Of a DNA stretch of 64,000 nucleotides, positions 39,470 to 51,765 are shown piece after piece. The translations under genes were made by a program, and so were the position numbers. Every line of letters begins with the position of its first letter. The stretch's first letter is position 1. The stretch comes from Octopus vulgaris (Eukaryota). The DNA lies in assembly GCA_951406725.2 (NCBI GenBank), contig OX597815.1, forward strand, positions 108,190,001 to 108,254,000. Direction: 5' to 3'. The notes beneath the pieces were generated by a model, which was not told the origin of the DNA, did not search any database, and saw nothing but the letters and a program-made list of their open reading frames with translations.

Positions 39470-39817
39470 ATTCACTGCGTTGCTTTACTGGCACTTGTGC
39501 TGGTGGCACATAAAAAATATTCGAGCGAGGTCGTTGCCAGTGATGCTGGACTGGCTTCTGTGCAGGTGGCACATAAAAAAACATTGTTTGAGCGTGGCCG
39601 TTGCCAGTACCACCTGACTGGCTCTCATGCCGGTAACACGTAAAAGCACCCACTACACTCTTGGAGTGTTTGGCATTAGGAAGGGCATCCAGCTGTAGAA
39701 ACTCTGCCAGATCAGATTGGAGTCTGGTGCAGCCATCTGGTTTGCCAGACTTCAGTCAAATCGTCCAACCCATGCTAGCATGGAAAGCGGACGTTAAACG
39801 ATGATGATGATGATGAT
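39470..39817 (+). mobile_element. RTE 3' UTR and tail
   Basis: Repeated ggtggcacataaaaaa units, then the canonical tail ending (gat)n. Confidence 0.88.
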
Positions 39818-40334
39818 GTACACACACACACATCCTGCCTTTTATATAGATCGATAAAATGTGATGTGGGGGATCTAGAGTGGTTTGGAGTACATGGAGC
39901 TTTGTGAAAGGGTGGAAGGATTGTGTGACTGATTTAATTTTAGGTGGTGACATGTAAAAGAATGTAGAAAAAGTCAGCACATTGTGCGGTCATGGTAACC
40001 CATTTCTAGAGCGAGGTTCAAAAGCATGTTACTGAGTGAGTTACCATGGGCAAGATGATGGTATTAAACTGAATGGTGTGATGAACTGAGTATCTTAAAA
40101 ACCTTGGTGGCTCTATGCCATATGCTACAAAATTACATCACATAAAGAGCTACAGAGTCAATATACATATTTACACATATACAAATATAAGCTTTGGCTT
40201 CCAATATACAGACCCATTAATTTATAATTAAATAAAGCCGATAGAGATACTCTTATAACTGTATATGGATACATATATTCGCACTAATATATGCACTTAC
40301 ATTTTCTTTCATTGCTTTCATTGATTTCTTTCTT

Positions 40335-40371
<37 letters not shown>

Positions 40372-40752
40372 TATACATACACACCAGTTCAATGTAAACA
40401 CAGAAACACCAATAAACTGCATGTTATATAGCACCACCAATACACATCATATTTCAAAACTGCTACAAATATTCAGTTAACATTCAGACAACTTGGGGAT
40501 TCATTTTCTGATACTTTGATTATTTTATGTGGATGAGTTCTAATGATACAGAAACATGTCCTTAGCTGTCACTGATCCTGCCTGCTAAAACAAATATCTA
40601 TTCTCTTAGCACAAAATCGCAATTTTCAGAGAAAGTGATTCTTAATATTTTTACCTATGTTTTACATTTATTATATTTTTAAGACTCATAGAATGTTAGA
40701 GTTGGGTTTTGCATTCTGTCTTTAACTAAGCAGCTACTTTCAATTAATAATC

Positions 40753-40895
40753 AGGCACAGGCATGGCTGAGTGGTAAGGAGCCTTGATTCATGACTGCAT
40801 TGTTTTTAATACAGTCCCATTGTGAGACACCTTGAGCAACTGTCTTCTACTCTAGCCTCAAGCTGACAATGCTTTGTGAGTGTATTTTGTAGATG
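40753..40895 (+). mobile_element. Degenerate SINE B head
   Basis: ggcacaggcatggctgagtggtaag...cagtccca...ccttgagcaactgtcttctact. Confidence 0.65.
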
Positions 40896-40919
40896 CCCCC
40901 TCACACACACACACACATA

Positions 40920-41720
40920 AATACAAAGTGGGACAAGAATGCAAAACATCTAGACACTTTGGTGATACAAGAAAGAGGCAACAAAAGACCCTGATAGATG
41001 ATACAAAGAAAACAAGGATGGGTCATTCAGAATTTTCTTTCCTCAGTTGAGTTCCAGATTATCTTTGCAATTTCAGATGGTTATACTCGAGATTGCTCCA
41101 ATCTAGCCAGCCCCAAGGAAAAACTAAGCTAAGAGTGTTAGATTCTTTGGAAGAAAGCAGTGAATGTATATATAAACAAGGACAGAAAAAAAATGGGGAA
41201 GGTTACACAAATACAATAACAGGACATAACAACAGGTGTCTTTTGACTAAAGACGAATTAAACTAAGCTGGCGGGGATACAAGATTTCACAATCACAGGG
41301 AAGAATATAGATGTTGCACTGACAGTGGCCAAACCAAGAAAGGTCAGGCTTTGCCAAACACTGGTCACGTGGGGAGAGAAGAGAGAGAGGTAGAGGCAGA
41401 GGGACAGAAGAAATAAGGAGAGGGCGAGAAAAAATGACAGGGACACAGCGAAGTGAAAAAAGGAGGGAAAGTGAGCATGAAGAGAAGGCAATGAAATGTG
41501 AGAGAGGAAGAATAAAAGAACGAAGAGTGGAATGAATGAAGTAAGTATGAAAGGGCTGATAGAAAGAAGGAAAGAATAAAAGAGTAGAGTCGTACAAGAT
41601 TTAGATAAATATATACTTACATATAAGAGACCAAAGTATACTTACATATAAGAGACCAAAGTGTATATAAAATACAAAATGGGACAAGAACGCAAAACAT
41701 CAAGACAGTTAGGTGATACA
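40920..41720 (-). mobile_element. Related unclassified repeat with ~50-bp terminal direct repeats (Penelope-like?)
   Basis: aaatacaaa(g/a)tgggacaagaa(t/c)gcaaaacatc at 40920 and 41671. The minus strand carries cacgtgacca, ggagcaa and caactgaggaaag as in 8650-9130. Confidence 0.5.
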
Positions 41721-41761
<41 letters not shown>

Positions 41762-42528
41762 GCATGTGTGTGTATATATATGTATATATATACATATATA
41801 TACAGATAGATAGATAGATATAATTCTAAAAATTTAAATTAATTTTGATTCTGTTTTTTATTGTATTGTTTTACATTTAATAAGCAATTTATTTGCTTTA
41901 TATATTTTATATTATTGTACATATTTGTAGATATTGATCAAAGCTTGTCCTTTTCTTTATAGATTGCTCAAGGATGTTGTTTATGAGGTGTTCCATTCCA
42001 CTAGTCTTTATTAGACTTGGTTTTGGTGTGATATCATGTTTGTGATGTAATGTAGATTAAGATATAAAGTATCTAGTAGTCTATACGTGATATAGTATCT
42101 GAATGTTCATTTTGGAATTAGTTCTTTGTTTTATAAGTACTATTTTGTCACTATAAGATAATACTATTTGTTTACTTTGATGTTGTTACTTGTAGTAATA
42201 AGCTGGTGGATTCCCAGGCAGCATATATATTTTTAATGCTGTTGACTCTGCTAGGTTGAATTGCTCAGGTGTCAAAACCATAGTGATATTTGCTTGGTAG
42301 CTGATGATGGCAATACACATGTGTTATGCTTGATTGAGAATGTCTTATATCTTAGTCTTGTTATTTAGAGTTGTTGCCCTTCATTCATGTAAAGTGGAAA
42401 GTGTTTACTGATTCATAGCTTGTGGAGATCATTTACTCTGGAATTGATTAGTTTTTCTTTGTAGATAATCTTATTAGGTTTAGATATGCTTAGATATCAG
42501 TGTTTAGTTTTGGTGAGTTCTGTGGAAG

Positions 42529-43672
42529 ATCATCATCATCATTTAATGTCCACTTTCATGCTGGTATGGTTTGGACGGTTTGACAGGAGCTGACCAGCTG
42601 AAGGGCTGTTCAGGATCCCTGTCTATTTTGTCATGGTACCAATAGCTGAATGCCCAACCACTTTACAGAATGTACTGGCTGGCTTTACACAACATCGGCA
42701 TGAGTGATTTTACACAGCACCAGCATAGTTGCTTTTTGCATGGCACCAGCACTTATGAGCTTGCAAGATTAGGAATGGTAAACTGGAGGGGGTTGCAGGT
42801 GATGAGCCTGTATGCAAGAACAACTGCACTTTTACTTAGCTTGATGTGTCTTTTCAAGCACAGCAAACCACCAGGGGTCTTGGTTTCTTGTCATCCCCTA
42901 TGTGAGTCCCATTTGTAGATCCTTTCTTACTTTGTTTCATATCTTCCTAGGTCTACCCCTTCCACATGTTGTCTCTACAATTAGATGCAACTGTCCACAT
43001 TCATATGAATTACATACCAGCACAGACTTCTTTCTTGCACACTACATCTGATGCTATGTATACCCAGTTTTTCTCTCAAATCACTTACATTCTGATGAAT
43101 ATGCACATTGATATTACCCATCCAGTGAAGCCCACTAGCTTCATTTCCTTTAAGTTTTCACATATCCTCAGTAGTCACAGCCCATGTTCCACTGCCATAA
43201 AGTATAGCTGTTCATACACAGACATCATTCAATCTCCCTTTCACTCTAATAGAGAGGACCTTTGTTACCAATAGAGGTAGTAACTCTCTGAACTTCATCC
43301 ACCCTATTCTTATTCTAGCAGCTATGCTTTTAGAACAACCATCCCAACTACTGACTTGGTCCCATAAGTAATGGAAACTGTCTATTACTTCTAGGGATCC
43401 CCACTGACATATGAGGGAATTCACTTTTTGTGTATTCCTGATGTTTAGTATACCTGCACATCTGCCATATGTAAATACTACCTTCTCTGTTAGTCAACCA
43501 GTGATAATGCTGCACTTCTTATGTGATCATAGCTTGCACTGGGAACATCCTTTCTACATATTGAGCAGGGCCATCTCCTCGAAGGGATCTGTGGTTTGTC
43601 TATTTTTTCCTACTTACCAATACTTTGGTCTTTGCTAAATTAACTCTAAGGCTCTTTGATTCCAGATCTTGC
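42529..43672 (-). mobile_element. RTE LINE 3' end (RT C-terminal region, UTR and tail)
   Basis: LRVNLAKTKVL, LEVIDSFHYL, ARIRIGWMKFREL..L..K.LS.RVKGRL, ILYGSGTW; ends in (gat)n at 42529. Confidence 0.88.
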
Positions 43673-43679
43673 TTGTGTG

Positions 43680-43875
43680 CATGTGTGTGTATGCATCCTG
43701 TCTGCGTTTACACCCCTTCCACTGCTTGACATCTGGTGTCATTTTGTTTACATCCACATAACTTAGTTGTTCAGAAGAGGTGACTGATAGAATAAGTACC
43801 AAACACTAAAAATTAATACTGGGGTCGATTTGTTTGACTAAAACCCTTCAAGGTGGTGTTCTACTTTGGTCATAG
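43680..43875 (+). mobile_element. SINE B 3' module
   Basis: ctgcttgaca..gatagaataagtacc..ctggggtcgatttgtttgactaaaacccttcaaggtggtg. Confidence 0.7.
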
Positions 43876-44287
43876 AAAGGTATACATAATCAAAATTCTA
43901 ATAATATCCCATTGATCTATCTGTAATGTTTGTATACATAGGAGATAACTCAATCCAATGCAATTAGAAAGTAATATATCTTTTTTGTTGGATAGCATTC
44001 TTTCCTGTGTATACAGACATTACAAATATACATTATGTGTCAACCATGAATAAAAACAACTTCATTTATTTACATTGTCTGCCAAGAAAAACATCAAGAA
44101 TATATGTAATGGCTAATTTGAAAATTAAAAAGGTGTTGGAGGAAACGATTTGCTGGAATTTACCACATTACACTATAGCATCTCACACACAAATACATGC
44201 ATGCATACACATAAGCACAGGCACATGCATGCACACATATATTCTCACACTCACATGCACATATCTATGTATGGGTGGATGTCATTA

Positions 44288-44363
44288 CGTATGTATGTAT
44301 GTATGTATGTATGTATGTATGTATGTATGTATGTATGTATGTATGTATGTATATGTGGGTTTA

Positions 44364-44397
<34 letters not shown>

Positions 44398-44529
44398 TGT
44401 GTTGTGCATGGTTCCAGTTTCAGTGTGTGACACCTTGAGCAAGTGTTTTCCACTAAAGCTTCAGACCAATCAATGCCCTGTGAAAGAATTTAGTACACTA
44501 AATTTGTGTGGAATCCCATTACACATACA

Positions 44530-44560
<31 letters not shown>

Positions 44561-44861
44561 GCATGTGGCCATAGGTGTGAAACCAGATGTAGTTGTTAAA
44601 ATAAGTTGGAAACACTAAATTACATTAACAATTTCATCTAGACTTGTTACTGCTCACACATCTATGACAAGATGCACATATTTGTAATGAATATGGTTAT
44701 TACATAAGTTATGGCCATCTTGAAACAGTTGTTGAGATAAGAGTTTACATAACTTTTTCTTTTATCATTTGTATTTTGTGCTTCATGTAAATATATGAGT
44801 CAAGTCTAAATGTGCTTATCTACTTACAACCTACATATACATATGTGTATCTATCTATCTG

Positions 44862-44954
<93 letters not shown>

Positions 44955-44986
44955 GTGTCTGTCCAACTGTCTACATCTCTCTCTTT

Positions 44987-45026
<40 letters not shown>

Positions 45027-45040
45027 ATGTGTGTGTGTGC
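44288..45040. repeat. Microsatellite-rich zone: (TATG)n, (TG)n, (TACA)n, (TCTA)n, with a degenerate SINE B fragment at ~44405-44520
   Basis: Direct inspection. Confidence 0.8.
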
Positions 45041-45421
45041 AACTAAACGCCCATTCTATGTCAGACATAAAAGATTTCCTGGTATTGTTTAGTATATACC
45101 TTAGACACAAGCTGCTTATTTGCATACAACTTCAAGAGCCTCATCGGAGTGCTGTCATCCATATATCAAAAAGGAGTGCTGTTCTGCTAAGGCATGGAAA
45201 ATTCATTTTAGACATATCACAAATAGGGTGTCACTGTTAGTGGCATTCTTGACAAAATTATGTACTACATTTGTTATAAAAATTTTAAGAGAAAACCAGG
45301 GTTAGGTAGTAGTCTGAGGGCCCATGTCAGGAAACCTATCAAAACTGTGACAGGCATATGTCTGAAATTAGAAAGTAGTTATATCTGAAAGCAAATTGAT
45401 GGCCATCATATGTATATATAC

Positions 45422-45452
<31 letters not shown>

Positions 45453-45639
45453 TGTATGTATGTATGTATGTATGTATGTATGTATGTATGTATGTATGTA
45501 TGTATAGAGTGTTAGAAGTGGTGTACATATATTGTTATTGAGAAAACAGGAGGTTGCCAGAGATTTGGAAAAAAATCTTTTTTGAAATAGATAAAAAGTT
45601 TTTTACAAAATTCTGGTGACACCTTTTTTTCTCAATACA

Positions 45640-45674
<35 letters not shown>

Positions 45675-45699
45675 GTGTGTATATATATATATATATATC

Positions 45700-45764
45700 T
45701 TAAGGGCATTACTACACGTAAATGCTTCGCGCTATGAGGGACTTACATGTAGTGATGCCCTTAA
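45700..45764. repeat. Hairpin: 22-bp imperfect inverted repeat with 21-nt loop
   Basis: ttaagggcattactacacgtaa ... ttacatgtagtgatgcccttaa. Confidence 0.85.
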
Positions 45765-45867
45765 TATAAATAGATATATTTAAAGGGAATAATTTTTAAT
45801 TTTTTCCTTATGAGGTTTTTCACGCTGACTACTTGATAAATTCTTATAAAGATTTTATCCTATTTTT

Positions 45868-45871
<4 letters not shown>

Positions 45872-45922
<51 letters not shown>

Positions 45923-45963
45923 CAAATATATATTCCAAAAAGAAGGAAATAATAATAATAATG

Positions 45964-46039
<76 letters not shown>

Positions 46040-46120
46040 TAATAATAATAATAATAATGATAACAACAACAACAACAACAATAATAATAATAATAATAAT
46101 AATAATGACAACAATAATAA
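45872..46120. repeat. (TA)n and long (TAA)n microsatellites
   Basis: Direct inspection. Confidence 0.95.
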
Positions 46121-46710
46121 AAATTATCAATGATTATCAGGAGGATTCTAAGCACTTGAAAGATTGGTGAAAATTTGCGGATACTTAAGGTTACAGGTTA
46201 TCAGGAATAAGAATGAACTTGAGCCAAACCAAAATAATTGTAATGACAACTACAGCAATCATGATAATGTCAGAAATAATAAAAGTATCATTTCTTTTTC
46301 TTTATATATATATATACAGATAATGATACAAGAAGTCATCAAATTGTCCTTTGGAAATGAAATGAAATAGTGCTTAAATCCTTTATCTAACTTTTTGTGC
46401 TGTTGTCTAGTGCCAAAGAGAGACCTTGCAGCATTCTGAAATCTTAATCAACACAAAAAACTATATGAAAGAATATAAACACGATTTCTTTTCCTTAGGA
46501 ATATTTGGAGATCTTTTACATTTTTCATTCCAGATATGTACACATGCACACACACACACACACACACATGTGTGAACATACACATAGATGTGTGTGCCTC
46601 TGTGTGTGTGTTGTGTGTAGCTATATGCATGTGTGTCTATATATGTGTGTGTGTGTGTATACATATATACATATATATATGTATGTATATAAATATGTAT
46701 ATATATATAT

Positions 46711-46969
46711 ATCTGTTGGGCATGTGGAAGAGAGTGTAATTCGGCAGGAGGACTTAAACGACATGCAAAGGTACACGAAGCCGAGTTACAACTACAGCCG
46801 GCTATTACCAGTAAAGGTTTTAGTTGCCAATTTTGTACAAGACATGGTAGATCTTTAGCTGGGCTAAAAAGTCACATTCGATCACAGCACCAGTAACAGT
46901 TAAGCTTCGTGCAATGGCCAATCTTGATAACGAGGGGGCAGCCATAATAATAATATTAATAATAATAAT

Positions 46970-46975
<6 letters not shown>
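46711..46975 (+). mobile_element. RTE-type LINE 3' end encoding two C2H2-type zinc fingers
   Basis: Open frame ICWACGRECNSAGGLKRHAKVH...FSCQFCTRHGRSLAGLKSHIRSQHQ* (stop 46894-46896), short UTR atggccaatcttgataacgagggggcagcca and (TAA)n tail. Confidence 0.75.
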
Positions 46976-47056
<81 letters not shown>

Positions 47057-47182
47057 GGGAGCGAGAGAGGGAGAGAGAGGGAGGCAATTATGCGGATAAA
47101 CAAATTAGATATCTCTTTTGATAATAGGCAGATTTTCTCTGCCTGTGACTATGTTTCTTTTTAATACAATTGTACCCTATAG

Positions 47183-47577
47183 AATTTCTTCAATTGGAAT
47201 TTACCTATGATTTTTCGAAGTAGATTCGATTGGGTCATGGCATATAAATTTTTTTCAATTTGACCCCCAATTAAGCAAAAATTCGAGAAAACTAAATATT
47301 TTACGATTTGCCTCTCTAATTTCAACTGCTTCACTCCTTCTGTTACCACACTTTCTCCTACTTTCCCTTTGCAAGTGTACCTCCAACCACTACTCAAAAA
47401 AATACACAGGAAACAGAAACAAATAAATACATAACGATTTACTCCTCACGCAATTTCTTCAATTGGAATTTACCTATGATTTTTCGAAGTACATTCCATT
47501 GGGTCATGGCATATAAATTTCTTTCAATTTGACCCCCAATTAAGCAAAAATTCGAGAAAACTCAATATTTTACGATT
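47183..47577 (+). repeat. ~126-bp direct repeat pair (47183-47308 and 47452-47577)
   Basis: aatttcttcaattggaatttacctatga...gggtcatggcatataaattt...tgacccccaattaagcaaaaattcgagaaaact..ttttacgatt. Confidence 0.9.
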
Positions 47578-47867
47578 GGTTTTTAATTTACTTTCTGTCG
47601 CTAAGTTTTTGTAGTATTAATTTGCGAGCGTACTTCAGTTGTCAATTGTTGAAAGAAAGAAATTGTAAGCTAAGAAGGTGTGTGTGTGTGTGTGTGTGCG
47701 TGCGTGTGTGTGTGTGTGTCTGTGTGTGTGTCTGTGAGTGTGTGTGTGTGTAGGAAGTGAATGATAAAAATATGGCAAGAAGTGGACAGATGTACATATA
47801 TACATACATCCATCCATACATACATACATGTGTGTGTGTATGTATGTGTATTAATGTGTGTGTGTTA

Positions 47868-48255
47868 TCTCTCTATATATAAAGCTGAAGTTGTCTGTGT
47901 GCACCAGGTTTGGTAACCTTCAACTAACACTATCTCCTCCAAGACCCTGCGGCGCAAGTTGACCAAAATTGAGAGTATGATAGAAGGGTTGCTCTTCCTT
48001 CCGTAGAAGATAAAATTCAAATCGGACCATGTTAACACCAAAAATTATTTACATCAAAAAGGTGCTTTTTTCTATGAAAATCCCTATTTTTTACGATTTT
48101 TTCACTGATGTGTCGCCACTTTTCGGTGTATTTCAACCAGAAAAATGTTCACTTGAAGAGAATAACAAGCTACATAATGCAAAATTTTTACTTTTCAAAA
48201 ATTCCAATTCCAGCGGGTCGAAACAAACCCGAGCAACGCCGGGCGATACTGCTAG
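47868..48255 (+). mobile_element. Non-autonomous Helitron
   Basis: Inserted in A|T; 5' TCtctctatatataaag; 3' hairpin cccgagcaacgccggg followed by CTAG. Confidence 0.85.
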
Positions 48256-48887
48256 TATTAAATAAAACAGTTTGGGTATGAAATACAAAATATATATATA
48301 TTTCCCAAAATGTTATATTTAATAAATCTAGTTTGTTTACCTGCATAATTGCTTCTGTATCTGTTCAATTTGCTCCTTCTTATAGCTGTTCTTTACCCTG
48401 TGGAACTGATCCTGAGTAAAGACATAGGAGTCTAAGTTTGAATCACTTGAGCGCTACTAAGTGTCTTTTATAATGAGAATCCCTGGATCTCATCTGTGGA
48501 CTATATATATATAGGATAGTAGAGTTAGTGGTTGGAATAACTGTCTAAGGGATAAGAATATCCATTTTTACTATCGGTATAAGTTACCTATGTTAACCCT
48601 GGGCATACATATACAAGCATATTATGCTCATAGGATACAGGCAATAACAAAATAAAGAAGAGTTTTTATCAGGAATTAAATTTAAGTTAAGCAGAAAATG
48701 GAGGAAATTCTTGATCAACAAACTACCAACAATTAATATTTTTTAATAAAAAATTTTATCATTTCTAACAGCCATTTCTGCTTCCGATGTCTGTCAGCAC
48801 TGCCAAAGAAAATTCTGAGAATAATATTTGTCATATTCTATAGTACATCCGATCTGGTACATAGAGCTTCATCAGAGTGAAGTAAAA

Positions 48888-49135
48888 TCATCATCATCAT
48901 CGTTTAACGTCCGTTTTCCATGCTAGCATGGGTTGGTCTGGGAAGCCAGAACGCTCCACCAGTCTGATCTAGTAGTGTTTCTACAGCTGGATGACCTTCC
49001 TAATGCCAATCACTCTGTGAGTGTAGTGGGTGCTTTTTTTGTGACACCAGCGCAGGGACCAGAGAGGGCTGGCAAACAGCCACGATCGATTGCTGCATTT
49101 TACATGTCACCGACACAGATGCCAAGGCCTCAAGA
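48888..49135 (-). mobile_element. RTE 3' tail
   Basis: (cat)n-cgtttaacgtccgttttccatgctagcatgggttgg...tttctacagctggatgaccttcctaatgcc. Confidence 0.85.
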
Positions 49136-49629
49136 TAAGAAAAGAAGGCATAATATATTTGAATCATACAATTTTACAGTGTATACCATTTGCAAATGAC
49201 TAAACTAATGAGCAAATGACTAAACTAGGAAATTAATTTGTGGGTAAACCTTTCTTTAGAGATAACAAGAGTGTATAAATAATAAAATTTAAAATGAATA
49301 CTTTAGTATAATAGGATTCACCAATATATTATCCTTAAAACCTGTTCTTCATTCATTATGCTCACACACACCTCACCTATTCCCTACCCTCACTTTGCCA
49401 TATGCCTTTGCAACACCTACCCTCCCACACTCCCAGTCTTGACATCATTTATTTCTATTCCCTTTGTAACTTACCCAAACACCTCATCCCTGTTTTTTAT
49501 CCTTTCCTAGTACTATCCTCACTCACATCCACCCTCACTTCTAAAATATGAGAAACCATGTGGCTCCTCTACTTCAAGACACTTCTGCTTTTTCTCCCTT
49601 CCCCACAAACCTTAACCCCTTGCCTCATA

Positions 49630-49810
49630 GCATAAGGCCGTCCCTTTTGAGGTTTGGAGTTTTGCAAGCTGCACGGTGACCCTACTAATGATGGTGGTAT
49701 GAAAATGCTTTCAGTACATGCTGTAAAATGGTTGGTATAAGGAAGGACATTCAGCCATAGAAATCATGCCAAAGCAGACACTGGAGCATGATGTAGTCCT
49801 GTAAAGCTCC
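49630..49810 (+). mobile_element. Degenerate RTE 3' UTR fragment
   Basis: tggttggtataaggaaggacattcagccatagaaa resembles the tail consensus. Confidence 0.55.
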
Positions 49811-49811
49811 A

Positions 49812-49969
49812 AGATACAACCATAGCTATGTAGTAAGAAGTTAGCTTCCCAACCGCATGATTCTGGGTTCGTTCCCACTGCATGACACCTTGGGCAAGTG
49901 TTTCCTACTATAGCTACAGGCCAACCAAAACCTTGTGAGAGGATTTGGCAAATGGAAACTGAAAGAAGT

Positions 49970-50031
<62 letters not shown>

Positions 50032-50034
50032 TAC

Positions 50035-50069
<35 letters not shown>

Positions 50070-50310
50070 TGTATGTATGTATGTATGTATATATGTATGT
50101 ATCTATGTGCATGTGTCTTTGTGTTTGTCTCCCACCACTGCTTGACAACTTATATTGGTTTGTTTATGCTCCCATAACTAGTGATTTGGCAAAAAGACAC
50201 TGATAGAATAAATACCAGGCTTTAAAAAATAAGTACAGGGGTCAATTTGTTTGACTGAACCCTTCACAGTGATGAACAAGAACAGTCACAGTCTCATGAT
50301 TGAAACAAGT
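49812..50310 (+). mobile_element. SINE family B with expanded internal (TA)/(TATG)
   Basis: Head, ccttgggcaagtg and the 3' module are all present. Confidence 0.8.
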
Positions 50311-50328
50311 AGACAGACAGAGTGAGAG

Positions 50329-50363
<35 letters not shown>

Positions 50364-51489
50364 AAGAGAGGTGTGTAGAACTGAATGCATAGAGTAACAA
50401 ATAAACTGGCTGAACTGCCCAAATAATGCATCCAATCAATTGCAATGTGTTGTCTTTCATCAAGAAACTCATAAATGACCTAAGAACAACTTTTTGCTCC
50501 CAATGATAGCAGCATAGTAAAATCAACAAATGAATTGTTAGCTAACACACTTTACCATGTTATTTTAGAATCAAACCATCTTCAGTGTCCTTAATGTATT
50601 TCACAAAGAATTTATTCATTGGTTAAAGATTAAGGAAAGATGGCTAAAGACAGAACTCTGCTTGGTACTCAGCTGTACCCTTAATTACCAATGAAATACA
50701 CGACTAATTCTGTTTTGCTTCATAACACCTTCAGATATCATCTCATATAGAATCCCATAATGCACTTGTTAATGAACAATTCGTCTGAAGTATGTAGCCA
50801 TATCAAAAGTTAGCATGTGATATACAAAAGCTAAGAAACATTATTTATTTTTCCCCAAATGTTCTTTTGTAATTCTCTTACTAACATACACACCCTCTAC
50901 TTTCCCATCTGAGAACAAAACAACATTGCATCATTTAAAAAAAATAAACTTAGATTTATAATCTCACGATAATTCTTATAATTCGGTTGATAGAGCTACT
51001 ATATCAGTTTTTTGGTAATTACCGACAATGCCCCTAAATTCTTTCTTCTGTCATTTGTTCTGAGTATCAGCCAAGCAGACCCCATCTCATACTAAACTTT
51101 GCTCTAGAAATGCATTCTTCAGGAATTCTTTCTCTGTCTAAATTTCCTCACCAACTGTCATCCTTTGACAACACAAATTTATTATTTCATTATTTGAAAA
51201 TATTTTTAAATAGTGATATAAAAATATGTTACATCTCATGGTGTTATATTTATTGTTGTTGGGCTCCAGATTAGGCCTGAATGAGTAGAACTACGATCAA
51301 AATAGTTCCAGTCATGACCATCCCATTCTTTTTGAAATATCATGTATCAATTACCACATTATCCAAAACAGTCTTAAAATACAAGAATGTAATTTAAGGG
51401 AAATTTTACTGTTATTTCTAACAAAGGAAGTGATCACATACAGGTTCTGTTGTTTCCCCATGTGCATATGTTATATATTTATATATTTC

Positions 51490-51765
51490 CAGGGTGCCAC
51501 ATAAAAAGCATTGATGTGGGTGTTGGCACCATGTAAAAAGCACTTGTACTGGTTCCACATAAAAGGCAATGGTGATGGTGCCATGTAAGAAGCACCCAGT
51601 ACACTTTGTAAAGTGGTTGGCACCAGGAAGGGCATCCAGCTATAGAAACCAAACCAAAACAGACTATGGAACTTGGTACAGGCCCTAGCCTTGCCAGTTC
51701 CTGTCAAGCTGTCCAACCCATGCCAGAATGGAAAATAGAAATTAAATGTAGATAATGATGATATG
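51490..51765 (+). mobile_element. RTE 3' UTR and tail
   Basis: Repeated tg(g)c(a)ccatgtaaaaagcac-like units, ggaagggcatccagctatagaaac, gtccaacccatgccag. Confidence 0.8.

Noticed and set aside
41613-41662. 25-bp tandem duplication (similar short ones at 49192-49227 and 53705-53740)
   Set aside because: Ordinary slippage duplications with no evidence of function.
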